A DNA stretch of 54,349 nucleotides from Nanobdellota archaeon (GCA_023131705.1 JAGLZG010000182.1:1-54349); one strand, 5' to 3'. Counted from the stretch's first letter, positions 8,870 to 18,178 are shown. The notes: generated from the sequence alone by a model not told the origin. Numbers and translations: made by a program.

Positions 8870-10993
8870 TTAAATCTTTAGAGTTTTTCGGTCAGAGAAT
8901 TCTTGTTGTTTACCATTATTCCACTGGTTGACAGGGCGTAAGTAACCTACGCTCCTTGAGTAGACTTCACAAGTTGCTTTACATCTCGGACACTCTACAT
9001 GTTCACCTTGGATGAAGCCACAAGTTGGGCAGATTGAAAAAGTAGGAGTTAGGGTAAAATAAGGTAGCTTGTAATGACTAACTACCCGCTTCACTAAAAG
9101 TTTGACAGAACTCCAGTCGGCTATACTTTCCCCTAAAAATAGATGTATTACAGTCCCACCTGAATACCTTACTTGTAAGCTATCTTGTAAGTCTAACATT
9201 TCAAACAAATCATCTGTGAAAGCTACAGGTAGTTGGCTTGAATTGGTGTAATAAACCTTGTCACCCTTTCCTTGTAGTTTGATGTTACTCTCCCCAAAGT
9301 ATTGTTTATCCTTCAAAGCTAAGGAATGAGAACATCCTTCAGCAGGAGTTGCTTCCAGATTAAACACATCTCCCGTTTCTTTTTGATATCCCACAAGCCT
9401 GTTTCGCATAAAATCCAGCACATCCTCAGCAAACTCCCTTCCTCTATTACTACCTATTCCAGCATGGAGGAGGTTTATGATACTTTCATTCATCCCCACC
9501 AGACCTATTGTTGAAAAATGATTTTTCCAATAAGCCCCACTGTTTTGTTTAACCGACCTCAGGTAGAATTTAGAATAAGGGAAGAGACCTTGTTCAGTCA
9601 ATCCCTCTACGACTTTCCTCTTTATAATAAGACTATCTTTGGCTACATTCATCAAGTCACCCAGTCGTTCTAAATAATCTTCTTTGCTTCTTGATACAGC
9701 TCCTATTCTACCCATGTTAAGCGTTACTACTCCCAAACTCCCAGTTAACGGATTAGACCCAAAGAGACCACCTCCTCTCTTTCTTAATTCTTTAAGACTT
9801 AATCTCAAACGACAGCACATAGACCTTGTGTCTTCTATCTTCATGTCTGAATTTGTGTAGTTCGCAAAATAAGGATTTCCCATTTTACCAGCCATCTTCC
9901 ATATTACATCATACTCAGGATTGTCCCAATCGAAGTCTTTTCCAATGTTATAAGTTGGAATGGGAAAGGTGAAAGGTCTTCCGTCTTTATCCCCTTCCAT
10001 CAAAAGATTAGCGAAGACATTGTTGAGTAGATAAATCTCTTTTTGAAAATCGCCATAAGTTTCTTTTTGAAATTTCCCACCTATTATAATAGGCTTCATC
10101 TTCATGAACTCGGGAATTTTTAAGTCCAGCGTTAGATTGGAAAAAGGGGATTGAAAACCAGTCCTTGTTGGAACATTCATGTTGAATAGGAATTCTTGAA
10201 GAAACTGCTTTACTTCTTCCTCATTAAGTTTATCCCTTCTTATAAATGGGGCTAAATAGGTGTCAAAACTTGAAAAAGCCTGAGCACCCGCACTTTCCCC
10301 CTGTAAGGTAAATAAGAAGTTCACAACCTGCCCTAAAGCGCTGCTGAAATGTTTCGGAGGTTTGGATTCTATTTTTCCGGGAACACCACCGAAGCCACTT
10401 ATTAATAGGTCTTCTAAGTCCCATCCTACACAATAAGCTCCTAAGAAATCCAAGTCATGGATATGGAAGTCGCCACTTCTATGGCATTCCCTAATCCTTT
10501 CATCATAAATTCTATTAAGCCAAAAACCTGTAACAGCTTTCTTAACAACATAGTTATTTAAACCCTGCACGCTATAACTCATATTAGAGTTTTCTTTTAT
10601 CTCCCAATCCTCGCCGCCTAAATAATCCTCTATTAAGGAAACAGGCTTCAAGAGACTTCCTAAATCTCTATTCTCTTTATGTTTCTCTCTATAGATTACA
10701 AAACTTCTAAAAACATTCCAAAGCCCGTTAGATAAGAGGACTTCTTCAATCATATCTTGCACGAGTTCAACAGTAATGACATCACTTTCTATAAGTTTCC
10801 TTCTAACTTGTTTACTTAATTTACTAACATCCCCTTTCTCTTTTACAGACTTGAAGGCTTTGTTCAAGACACTTTTAATCTTACGTTCATCGAATGGAAC
10901 AGCTCTACCATCTCTTTTAAGAACATTTTTCGAAAGCGTCCTTCTTTTCTCTTGCTTTATAACTCGTCCACATCTATCATCTTTCAATATCAT
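8870..10993 (-). CDS. nrdD: anaerobic ribonucleoside-triphosphate reductase (class III)
   Basis: It has an N-terminal ATP-cone (VLKRDGRAVPFDERKI), a C-terminal Zn ribbon CPTCG...CPRCK and the glycyl-radical motif RSVGYLRPV. Confidence 0.93.
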   Translation of the reverse strand: MILKDDRCGRVIKQEKRRTLSKNVLKRDGRAVPFDERKIKSVLNKAFKSVKEKGDVSKLSKQVRRKLIESDVITVELVQDMIEEVLLSNGLWNVFRSFVIYREKHKENRDLGSLLKPVSLIEDYLGGEDWEIKENSNMSYSVQGLNNYVVKKAVTGFWLNRIYDERIRECHRSGDFHIHDLDFLGAYCVGWDLEDLLISGFGGVPGKIESKPPKHFSSALGQVVNFLFTLQGESAGAQAFSSFDTYLAPFIRRDKLNEEEVKQFLQEFLFNMNVPTRTGFQSPFSNLTLDLKIPEFMKMKPIIIGGKFQKETYGDFQKEIYLLNNVFANLLMEGDKDGRPFTFPIPTYNIGKDFDWDNPEYDVIWKMAGKMGNPYFANYTNSDMKIEDTRSMCCRLRLSLKELRKRGGGLFGSNPLTGSLGVVTLNMGRIGAVSRSKEDYLERLGDLMNVAKDSLIIKRKVVEGLTEQGLFPYSKFYLRSVKQNSGAYWKNHFSTIGLVGMNESIINLLHAGIGSNRGREFAEDVLDFMRNRLVGYQKETGDVFNLEATPAEGCSHSLALKDKQYFGESNIKLQGKGDKVYYTNSSQLPVAFTDDLFEMLDLQDSLQVRYSGGTVIHLFLGESIADWSSVKLLVKRVVSHYKLPYFTLTPTFSICPTCGFIQGEHVECPRCKATCEVYSRSVGYLRPVNQWNNGKQQEFSDRKTLKI

Positions 10994-11007
10994 CCCCCCT
11001 TTCTTAA

Positions 11008-11592
11008 CTAAACCTTAGCATAAACTACTTCTTCACCTTGACCTTGATATTTCCCTCCTTTGTCTTTATAACTCACTTCACAACCCCGATTCTCAAAAAA
11101 TATAACTTGAGCTATTCCTTCATTGCTATATATCTTTGCGGGGATTGATGAGGTGTTAGATATTTCAATAGTTACATGTCCTTCCCACTCACTCTCAAGG
11201 GGTGTGACGTTTACTATAATTCCACATCTGGCATAGGTTGATTTCCCTACAACCAAACACATTATGTTTCGGGGGATTTTGAACTTCTCCATACTCCTTC
11301 CTAAGACAAAACTGTTAGGAGGGATTATACATATATTCCCGTTATAATCTTTACACAGTGACTCATTAAAATTCTTCGGGTCAACCGCAGGAGATGTAAA
11401 ATAATGAGACAAGTTAGAAGTACCAAGTTCAAAAACCTTAAACTCATTTGCAATCCTCATGTCATATCCGTTTCCAGATAGACCATAGCTTACTACCTTA
11501 TTCCCTTCTACCTCTCTAACTTGTTTGTCAACAAAAGGGTCTATCATTCCCGCTTCAGCAAATTTTCTTATCTCTTTGTCAGTCAATAGCAT
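11008..11592 (-). CDS. dcd: dCTP deaminase (dUTPase superfamily)
   Basis: [10 protein letters not shown]...[14 protein letters not shown]...[10 protein letters not shown] is typical of Dcd. Confidence 0.88.
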   Translation of the reverse strand: MLLTDKEIRKFAEAGMIDPFVDKQVREVEGNKVVSYGLSGNGYDMRIANEFKVFELGTSNLSHYFTSPAVDPKNFNESLCKDYNGNICIIPPNSFVLGRSMEKFKIPRNIMCLVVGKSTYARCGIIVNVTPLESEWEGHVTIEISNTSSIPAKIYSNEGIAQVIFFENRGCEVSYKDKGGKYQGQGEEVVYAKV

Positions 11593-11939
11593 TCTTCCTC
11601 CTCTTTAATCTTCCGTCTCAAATCCTCTATATCTTTCATAACATCTGTTTCATCTGGCGTTGCCCAATCATTAGTTTTTTTGGCTATTACTACCATATCC
11701 TCCTTTTTCGGTATCACAATCACCTCAAAATCCTCATCTTCATTGTCAATCCAATACTCTTCGTCAAACTTTTCCAGTAAATCCAATGACTCTTTGATTG
11801 ATGAATTAGTATGAATGTTTATAAAAAGTAAATCACTTTCCTCATCTGGGGTAAAGGTGATTTCTGTTATATGTTCTGCAAATATTTCTCTGATTTTATG
11901 GCAAATTCTAAACAGGCGTTCATAATAAAAGGCTTTCAT
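11583..11939 (-). CDS. hypothetical acidic protein
   Basis: 118 aa, packed in the operon. Confidence 0.55.
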   Translation of the reverse strand: MKAFYYERLFRICHKIREIFAEHITEITFTPDEESDLLFINIHTNSSIKESLDLLEKFDEEYWIDNEDEDFEVIVIPKKEDMVVIAKKTNDWATPDETDVMKDIEDLRRKIKEEEECY

Positions 11940-12127
11940 ATTGTCTCCCTCTCATCCATACAATAGTTTATTAAATCTGCCACTGCTCCTTCTTCTGTTT
12001 CTCCATCACCATTAAAAGTCCAGTGTGCACCATCTAAGTAAGCCTCAAAGCCTCCACCGTTTTCTTCAAGAATAGGCTCTACTATAACTTTGCGACCATT
12101 AATTGTCATTGTTTCCCAGATTTTCAT
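11936..12127 (-). CDS. small HicB/UPF0150-like fold protein (tentative)
   Basis: 63 aa. The segment GGFEAYLDG...GDGETEEGAVADL resembles the HicB-like motif. No HicA partner was seen. Confidence 0.35.
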   Translation of the reverse strand: MKIWETMTINGRKVIVEPILEENGGGFEAYLDGAHWTFNGDGETEEGAVADLINYCMDERETI

Positions 12128-12361
12128 TTATCTTATCTCATACCTAATAGGATTTCCATTGTTATCAAAGGCGTTAGCTTCCTTATCCTCCCCCTTCTTA
12201 TATGTTTTTATAGGACTTTCTGTGCCTTGTATTAATGCTATGTTATATCCCATTCGTTCTACATTCTCAATATTACGCCACTCTGTCTCACCCTCACTAA
12301 TAACAATAAAATCATCGTCGTTAAATTGTTTTAATCTACTAATTAATTCTTTTTTAGTCAT
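12128..12361 (-). CDS. hypothetical protein
   Basis: 77 aa, abuts its neighbours. Confidence 0.55.
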   Translation of the reverse strand: MTKKELISRLKQFNDDDFIVISEGETEWRNIENVERMGYNIALIQGTESPIKTYKKGEDKEANAFDNNGNPIRYEIR

Positions 12362-12642
12362 CCACTCACCTCCTTATCCCACCCTTTTTTGTAACATTTC
12401 AAGCAGCATTCCACATTATGAAACTTATTATCCATCGAGGCTGTTGAACCACAATACTTACATTTCATTGTTTCGTCTTTGTAAAAAAATTCAACAAGCC
12501 TTTTTGGTATATCTTGGGTGGTTATAAAATCATGAAGGCGCTGTCTTGTAAATGCTATATCACTACGGTATAATAGTGCCTTACAATACTCATCTACCAT
12601 TTGGTTCAAGAACCATACAACTTCAAATGATTCTATTTTCAT
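12358..12642 (-). CDS. hypothetical protein with C-terminal Cys-rich (zinc-ribbon-like) segment
   Basis: 94 aa with CKYCG...ECCLKC and a GAAGGAGGG RBS. Confidence 0.55.
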   Translation of the reverse strand: MKIESFEVVWFLNQMVDEYCKALLYRSDIAFTRQRLHDFITTQDIPKRLVEFFYKDETMKCKYCGSTASMDNKFHNVECCLKCYKKGWDKEVSG

Positions 12643-12653
12643 TTTCCCTCCTT

Positions 12654-12917
12654 CTACAACCTTTCCACAGTAGCTTCACCCATCACTACAGGTGGAAGAT
12701 TTATCCTTGCAGATACCTGTTTACCCATTAAACTCCTTCTCCCATCAGACCCTTCATCAAACCAATCGCTTACATCTACTTCTATAGAAGGTCTCATAGC
12801 GTTTAAAACAGATTGTATTAATTCTTCTTTTACTCTTTCTGTCAATTCCTGTGCAGAATACTCTGACTCCATCATATCTTTCGTAGAAATATATTTTACT
12901 TCACTAAAATAGGTCAT
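12654..12917 (-). CDS. hypothetical protein
   Basis: The start was moved to the ATG at 12917, 1 nt after the upstream stop. The longer track ORF overlaps the upstream gene by 53 nt. Confidence 0.5.
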   Translation of the reverse strand: MTYFSEVKYISTKDMMESEYSAQELTERVKEELIQSVLNAMRPSIEVDVSDWFDEGSDGRRSLMGKQVSARINLPPVVMGEATVERL

Positions 12918-12918
12918 T

Positions 12919-13182
12919 CTACACTCCCACCAACCTCTGCACTTTAATTGAAATAATATTATCATAGGCAAGAAGTGTTTTGTTAAATTCTCTCAGCATT
13001 GTTGCCTTTCTTTGCTCAAGATAACTTATATTTTCTATATCTTCTGTCTCTACTTCGTAAGTTCTGTGAACTTTTTCTGTTTCATAATCCTCCAAAACAA
13101 CTAAAACTTTTTCATTAAACCTTTTCACTACTTCACAATCTTTGTGACAGCGATAAATCACTTCTACTTGTATACTACTCAT
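12919..13182 (-). CDS. hypothetical protein
   Basis: 87 aa, packed in the operon. Confidence 0.55.
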   Translation of the reverse strand: MSSIQVEVIYRCHKDCEVVKRFNEKVLVVLEDYETEKVHRTYEVETEDIENISYLEQRKATMLREFNKTLLAYDNIISIKVQRLVGV

Positions 13183-13388
13183 TCTTCCTCCTCTACCACC
13201 AGCTTATTCACCAATTCCTCTGAAAGAGCTTCCTCTACTCCATGTTTATACCCATGAATGAAGGCGGTTTTATAATGGTAGCCAATTACCTTTATCATAT
13301 CTTCCATCTCACCATGCACTTTAAGCATACCTTCAATGTATTTCCAATGTGCCTCTACAAGTTTTTCCATATCATTCTTTATTTTCAT
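13179..13388 (-). CDS. hypothetical protein
   Basis: 69 aa with a 4-nt overlap to its neighbour. Confidence 0.5.
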   Translation of the reverse strand: MKIKNDMEKLVEAHWKYIEGMLKVHGEMEDMIKVIGYHYKTAFIHGYKHGVEEALSEELVNKLVVEEEE

Positions 13389-13602
13389 GTCTCTCCTTCT
13401 CCATTAAAAGTCTATACAAAGTATAATTAGATATAAGTCTGCCATCAAAAGGGACAGTTATCCTGTCCCCTTTAAACACCTCTATTGATTTAACTTTATG
13501 CTTGCCGTTTATTATGTAAGGTTTTATTGAAGTGCAACTTGTTAGACATAACACAACTACTCCTGTTGCTATTCCTAAAAGGAAATAAAAAAGATATTTC
13601 AC
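13372..13602 (-). CDS. lipoprotein (possible o-spanin-like lysis accessory)
   Basis: It has a signal peptide plus lipobox (VVLCLTS|C) and is ATGA-coupled to the transglycosylase gene. Confidence 0.5.
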   Translation of the reverse strand: MKYLFYFLLGIATGVVVLCLTSCTSIKPYIINGKHKVKSIEVFKGDRITVPFDGRLISNYTLYRLLMEKERHENKE

Positions 13603-14051
13603 TTCAATCCCTCAAAGGCGACTTTGAATTTTATCACATAACTTGGTTTTCTTAATCCCTTTCTATATTTCGTTTCCCCAAGATTGTATTGCATAATCGC
13701 AGCTTCAAGAGGGTAGTTTTTAAGAAGGTGGGATAGGAACTTAGTTCCATAGAATACATTATTAGCTGGTAGGAATAATCCAAGTCTTGAGCCCTCATAG
13801 CCAAGTGCTTTTGCTGTTGGAGGTAATATCTGCATCAGACCCGTGTCTCCATCTTTGTTAATCGCAAAAGGGCAACCGCTACTTTCTACTTCTATAATTG
13901 CTCTTACTATTCTCTCATCCACACTGAAACACTCTGAATATCTTTCTATGTAAAAATCTTTCGTAGCATAAAGAGAAAGAACAAAGGCACATATACAACC
14001 TAAGATAAATCCCAAAATGAAAAGAAGGATACGATTTCTAAGTTTTTTCAT
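13599..14051 (-). CDS. lytic transglycosylase (SLT domain) with N-terminal signal-anchor; endolysin
   Basis: The SLT motifs are EVESSG...GLMQI...YN. The N-terminal TM segment is ILLFILGFILGCICAFVLSL. Confidence 0.8.
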   Translation of the reverse strand: MKKLRNRILLFILGFILGCICAFVLSLYATKDFYIERYSECFSVDERIVRAIIEVESSGCPFAINKDGDTGLMQILPPTAKALGYEGSRLGLFLPANNVFYGTKFLSHLLKNYPLEAAIMQYNLGETKYRKGLRKPSYVIKFKVAFEGLK

Positions 14052-14277
14052 TAAAACCCCCTACCCAAAAAATAAAAACAGTAGCACAAAAAGTATAAAG
14101 ACATATTAAAACAAAAGAAAGTTCGGGAATAATAAGAGTAGTAATCCCACAAACTTTTTTCATCTTTTGTGATACAAAAGGGTTGTCTTTAAATATCAAA
14201 AGCAGCAATACCCCACACATTACTATCATAAATAAATGAAGGGCTATTAATCCTACTATTTCATTCGCAAAGTGCAT
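14038..14277 (-). CDS. holin candidate (multi-TM)
   Basis: 79 aa with 2-3 predicted TM helices, immediately upstream of the endolysin. Confidence 0.5.
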   Translation of the reverse strand: MHFANEIVGLIALHLFMIVMCGVLLLLIFKDNPFVSQKMKKVCGITTLIIPELSFVLICLYTFCATVFIFWVGGFNEKT

Positions 14278-14402
14278 CTAAACCTCCTTTTCACTCTTTC
14301 TATTCCATAATCAAGTGTTTTCCAAATAGGAGAAGTTATAGTAACAATAATTACCCCTATCAATAAAAGACCGAAGCTCAACATTTGTTTTTCTTCTTTC
14401 AT
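14256..14402 (-). CDS. small single-TM protein (48 aa, not in the ORF track)
   Basis: It is ATGA-coupled to the stop of 14399..14626 and has a hydrophobic core LSFGLLLIGVIIVTIT. Confidence 0.35.
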   Translation of the reverse strand: MKEEKQMLSFGLLLIGVIIVTITSPIWKTLDYGIERVKRRFRCTLRMK

Positions 14403-14626
14403 CTATTCCTCCCTCCAATTTTGACATCTTTCCTTATGTCATTTATCAATTCTTTTATACTGTCTACAATTTCCACTCCTCCTGCATATATAGCAAGGAC
14501 TAAAATCGGCACAATAGATAATAGGATATGGAAAGTGTAGAAAGGGATTCTTTTAACGGCTCGCCTTGTTTTGGGGTATTTATCCAAACATTTTTTTAAA
14601 GGCAGTATAACATTCTTTAATTTCAT
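14399..14626 (-). CDS. membrane protein
   Basis: 75 aa with an AAGGAGG RBS and the TM segment FYTFHILLSIVPILVLAIYAGGV. Confidence 0.55.
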   Translation of the reverse strand: MKLKNVILPLKKCLDKYPKTRRAVKRIPFYTFHILLSIVPILVLAIYAGGVEIVDSIKELINDIRKDVKIGGRNR

Positions 14627-14644
14627 TTTATAAGTCTACCTCCT

Positions 14645-15049
14645 TTATTTCTTCTTAGGAAACAAGTGTCCTGACAAAGCATAGCTTCCAAAGTAAAAAA
14701 AACCTACAAGAAGGGCAAGATAAGCCAACTTCATTTCTATCGTGGTGTCTTTAATATATTTTGCCCATTCAGGGTCTATCTTCCATAAGGCACAAGCCAT
14801 AAACACTAAAAACAAGAATAGCCCCATAGTCGCCCATGCTAAAAGTCTCCTTGTCACAGAACGGATGGAGTTTTCTTGAGCAATAGCCCCTTGAATTTTC
14901 ACCCATACTTCCATTAGCTTGTTCGCATTTTCGGCTTTTTCTTGGTTTGTATAGAAGGCTTTGTCTACAAAATCCATCCCACCTTTCACTGTGTCTGCTA
15001 CTGTGTTGACTATCTTAGGTGCTCCCAAGAGAGTCGTTAGAAATCCCAT
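14645..15049 (-). CDS. 3-TM holin-like membrane protein (GTA_holin_3TM-like, tentative)
   Basis: 134 aa. It has an N-terminal amphipathic region with TNQEKAEN followed by TM helices. The family call is from memory. Confidence 0.4.
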   Translation of the reverse strand: MGFLTTLLGAPKIVNTVADTVKGGMDFVDKAFYTNQEKAENANKLMEVWVKIQGAIAQENSIRSVTRRLLAWATMGLFLFLVFMACALWKIDPEWAKYIKDTTIEMKLAYLALLVGFFYFGSYALSGHLFPKKK

Positions 15050-15310
15050 TTAATCCTCCTTTCTTCCTTCAATCAAAGGACGACAAATCTTGTTAAATCC
15101 TATTTCGGCTTTTCCACCTCTGGCAAAATCATCACTACCACCACACCATATTAATGCCCGTCTATATTTCTCAATAATATCAGCAAAGGCTTTAGCTAAC
15201 TCTGGTATCATTGTAAAATGTTTAGTTGTAGGCAAACACCATCTTTGTGCAGCAACTTCAAGGGAAGAATTAGAGATAGATTCGTTTATCTTATCGTTTG
15301 TGGCTTTCAT
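15050..15310 (-). CDS. hypothetical protein
   Basis: 86 aa with an AAGGAGG RBS. Confidence 0.55.
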   Translation of the reverse strand: MKATNDKINESISNSSLEVAAQRWCLPTTKHFTMIPELAKAFADIIEKYRRALIWCGGSDDFARGGKAEIGFNKICRPLIEGRKED

Positions 15311-15578
15311 TTAAACCTCCTTTCTTAATTTTTGTAATACATGCTTTACCATTTAAAGGATTGAGTATATAACCTAAATCCATTAACTCTATAAAGTATT
15401 TTTTACTATCTTCTATTGAACCTACATTTAGTAAAAGTTGACTTGTAAACTCCCCATCATCCAATCTCATTTGTAATAAACCATACAATACTTTTGACTC
15501 TGATGATAGTCTCTCATCAGTTAGAAGGTCAATCGGAATAATTACATAGTCATTCTTTTCTGTTTCTTCAAAACACAT
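15291..15578 (-). CDS. winged-helix DNA-binding protein candidate
   Basis: 95 aa with an AAGGAGG RBS. The pattern IPIDLLTDERLSSESKVLYGLL resembles wHTH replication/regulator N-terminal domains. Confidence 0.4.
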   Translation of the reverse strand: MCFEETEKNDYVIIPIDLLTDERLSSESKVLYGLLQMRLDDGEFTSQLLLNVGSIEDSKKYFIELMDLGYILNPLNGKACITKIKKGGLNESHKR

Positions 15579-15631
15579 CTTACCTCCTTTTGAGAGAAGG
15601 GAGACCCTTAAAGCCTCCCTCTTTAAAACAA

Positions 15632-15871
15632 CTATTTCTTAAAACTACCCAAAAACCCTTTCACTGCGGCTGCTACATCTGCCCATTCCTTAAGAATCTT
15701 GGTTTTCTCTTCTTTAGAAATGGTGTTGTCATTCAAAGCATCGTAGGTAACATTTAAAGCCTCTGCCACCTCTTTCAATATGATTTTTGCTTTCATCCAT
15801 TTTGCTGCAAACACTCCAGCAAGGATAAATAACACTAAAGAAACAACTCCCAGAATTAAATCACTGTTCAT
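15632..15871 (-). CDS. small membrane protein (N-terminal TM)
   Basis: 79 aa with the TM segment LILGVVSLVLFILAGVFAA and an AGGAGG RBS. Confidence 0.55.
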   Translation of the reverse strand: MNSDLILGVVSLVLFILAGVFAAKWMKAKIILKEVAEALNVTYDALNDNTISKEEKTKILKEWADVAAAVKGFLGSFKK

Positions 15872-15887
15872 TTAGTCCTCCTTTTTT

Positions 15888-15900
15888 AAGTTTGTTAGAC
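15888..15900. promoter_or_regulatory. third copy of the AAGTTTGTTAGAC box
   Basis: The same 13-mer occurs as a tandem pair at 18179..18212. This copy lies in the intergenic gap inside the leftward operon. Confidence 0.45.
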
Positions 15901-15941
15901 AAAGTAGCCCGCCTTTTATTATTCAATCTACCTCCTCTACT

Positions 15942-16451
15942 CTAACTTCGATAGTTATCTCGCCTGCTGGTTGGCAGTTTCCTACAAAACATTTCAAGCT
16001 CCCTAAGACTCTTTAATCTTACTTTCGCCTCTACTTCTTTGTTATAAGGATAACTTAATAAAATAATCCTTTCATAACTTTTGAAGTGTGGGTAGTCCTC
16101 CATTAAAAAAGTTGACTTGTCCGCTTCAAGAAGTTTTTCCTTCTCAAGAGGGTTTCCTACGAAAACTGTCTTTTTTACCTTATCACCCAAGAATCTATAA
16201 AGCCACCTTTTAGTATAGGGTCTCCACTTAACTGGCTGACTTGTCCATACTTCGATTTCATCAAAATAATCTCTTATGATTCTAAAATACACAGTAGGAA
16301 TGGCTTCTTCCAAAATTGATAAGTCTTCGTTGATAAGGTCTATAGCATTCCAATGCCAAGTCGTTGGATAAGGAAGATTTAGTTTTCGGCAGAGACTACC
16401 TGATAGGTCTCTAAGGACACCATCAAGGTCGAAGACTATTTTTTTTGTCAT
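15942..16451 (-). CDS. HAD-family 5'(3')-deoxyribonucleotidase-like protein
   Basis: It carries the N-terminal DLDGVL HAD motif I, and its ~170 aa size is typical of the NT5C family. Confidence 0.6.
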   Translation of the reverse strand: MTKKIVFDLDGVLRDLSGSLCRKLNLPYPTTWHWNAIDLINEDLSILEEAIPTVYFRIIRDYFDEIEVWTSQPVKWRPYTKRWLYRFLGDKVKKTVFVGNPLEKEKLLEADKSTFLMEDYPHFKSYERIILLSYPYNKEVEAKVRLKSLRELEMFCRKLPTSRRDNYRS

Positions 16452-17047
16452 TCTTTACTCATTTTAATAACTTCATACACTTTATCAATAGACATTTTTC
16501 TTTCTATCTCAACAACTCTTTTTAGATTACACTTCCTGTCAGGCACAATAAAGAGAAATTGTCTATGGGGTTCATCTATCACTTCAAAAAATCCTTCTAT
16601 TCCACATTCTTTAACAGCTATTTTTACCTCATCAATAGACAGAAGTCCTGCATTTTCTAATCCATCGGGGTATAGAAAATTATAGAGAGTTTCTTTAAGG
16701 AAAAGGTTCTTTTCTCCATCTACTTCATCATCTAAATCCTCAATTTTCAAAGAACGCCCTCTGTAAGAAAGTTGCCCCTCATCAAAAACTAGCTCTGATT
16801 TCCCCAACTGTGACACCCAAATACTCATAACTTTGATTACTTTACCCTCTAAAAGCGGTAAGTTAAAAATTTTGTCATCGTGAACAAAGTTATAATTTGT
16901 ATGTGCAGCCTCAGATAGAAACTTTTCTACAAGCTGTGATGAAGAAATTCCTTGAAGTTTCGCCTGAATTTTTATGTTCCGCACTAAGGATTTTCTAATT
17001 GCAGCCGCAAAACTCACCTTTTTGTTAAATACCTTCTTCCTACCCAT
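16448..17047 (-). CDS. ribbon-helix-helix (CopG/Arc-like) N-terminal domain protein
   Basis: KKVSFAAAIRKSLVRNIKIQAKLQGISSSQLVEKFL fits a beta-alpha-alpha RHH pattern. The 150-aa C-terminal part is unknown. Confidence 0.45.
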   Translation of the reverse strand: MGRKKVFNKKVSFAAAIRKSLVRNIKIQAKLQGISSSQLVEKFLSEAAHTNYNFVHDDKIFNLPLLEGKVIKVMSIWVSQLGKSELVFDEGQLSYRGRSLKIEDLDDEVDGEKNLFLKETLYNFLYPDGLENAGLLSIDEVKIAVKECGIEGFFEVIDEPHRQFLFIVPDRKCNLKRVVEIERKMSIDKVYEVIKMSKE

Positions 17048-17098
17048 TTCTTATTACCTCCTTCTTTTTAAAACTTAATCTATTAATTATCTTTAACT

Positions 17099-17584
17099 TC
17101 AAATTATCTCCATAAGACTTTTTATTTTTTCCTCTTCAATTTCTTTTTCACCTTCCTTTATTTTGTTCATCCAGATTTTATGAATCGCCATGAGTTCATC
17201 CTCTATTTCTTCAAGATTGTTAAGTTTTTTATTAGGTAAAGATATAGTGCCTGATATAATTTCAAACCTAACTTCATCTCCAAAGATATCTACATTTTTT
17301 ATCTTCTTACTTCCTTGTAACCGCCTTCTTAAAACCTGCACCAAGTAGGCTGTATTACTCACCTCAAAGGCTATTTTTATCAGCTGCCCCTTTGAGAAAA
17401 AAAAGAAAATTAGAGTTTCATCTAAACCTTCTTTTTCAACAACTTCTTGAATCTTACCTCCTAAGTCGGAAAGAAGAAGACTATTTATATAATCCGACAT
17501 AGATATTTCAAGACTATTAACTTTCTCCTTAACCTTATACATGAGAATTTTTGAAGTGACAAAACTTGTTGTTACTTTTTCCAT
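17099..17584 (-). CDS. first gene of the leftward operon; RHH-like N-terminus (tentative)
   Basis: TSFVTSKILMYKVKEKVNSLEISMSDYINSLLL fits the RHH pattern. It has a GAGGAGG RBS and is preceded by a consensus promoter. Confidence 0.4.
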   Translation of the reverse strand: MEKVTTSFVTSKILMYKVKEKVNSLEISMSDYINSLLLSDLGGKIQEVVEKEGLDETLIFFFFSKGQLIKIAFEVSNTAYLVQVLRRRLQGSKKIKNVDIFGDEVRFEIISGTISLPNKKLNNLEEIEDELMAIHKIWMNKIKEGEKEIEEEKIKSLMEII

Positions 17585-17619
17585 TTTACCTCCTCATTTA
17601 GTTTTTCCTGTCCATTATG

Positions 17620-17648
17620 ATTATAACCGATTTATCAAAAAAATGCAA
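17620..17648 (-). promoter_or_regulatory. sigma70-type promoter: TTGCAT-N17-TATAAT (leftward)
   Basis: The minus strand reads TTGCATttttttgataaatcggtTATAAT. The -10 element lies about 35 nt upstream of the 17584 ATG. Confidence 0.7.
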
Positions 17649-18013
17649 AAATTAAAATTATTTCCAAGAAACCTACTGTCTCGGAAAAGTAAAGTTTTTT
17701 GTTGAAGCGGGAACTCTTTCTAAAGGTAATAATAAAAGGGAAAAGAAAAAGAAGGGAAAGTCGGTGGAGTAAACAAAGGTTCACTTAATTGAAAGTTAGC
17801 AGAGTAGACAGGGGTTTGGGAGTTATAACAAAGAGTCTGTGGAGTAGAAGCAACAACTTGTGAAAAAAGAAATTTTGGAAAACGGCGTTCTTCTATAGAA
17901 ACGAAGAAACCTCACATGTTTTTATAAATAGAGAAGTTTGGGAATTGAAGCAACTTTTTTATAAAACCACCCTTATTTAATGAACAAAGCAACTTAAAAA
18001 AGTAACCGAAAAG

Positions 18014-18037
18014 GTAAGTTTCCGCCCGAAACCCACT
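18014..18037. repeat. hairpin-family copy GTAAGTTTC-cgccc-GAAACCCACT followed by a T-run
   Basis: Its arms are the same as the copy at 31441..31464. A related half-site GAAACCTACT occurs at 17668..17677. Confidence 0.5.
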
Positions 18038-18178
18038 TTTTCAAAAGAAAAGAAGTCTCTTCAACAAACCTACTAAAGTCGCTTCATCAGTCAAAATTGG
18101 GTTGTGTTAGAGGGTAAGCCCCATGTTAGGGGCTACTAACAATCTTAGCCAAAATGAACCTTTACCCTGCTGGGCTTT

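Noticed and set aside
11936-12127. HicAB toxin-antitoxin module
   Set aside because: There is only a weak HicB-like motif in a 63-aa ORF. No HicA-like small basic toxin lies adjacent.
15590-15626. Hairpin AGGGAG-N12-CTCCCT between 15632..15871 and 15291..15578 as an internal terminator
   Set aside because: The stem is short, the loop is long, and it overlaps the RBS region of the downstream gene. There is not enough support to annotate it.
17395-17410. A/T homopolymer (A8 on the plus strand, encoding FFFF) in 17099..17584 as a phase-variation or slippage site
   Set aside because: The frame is intact, the tract is short, and there is no alternative ORF downstream in the shifted frames that I could see.
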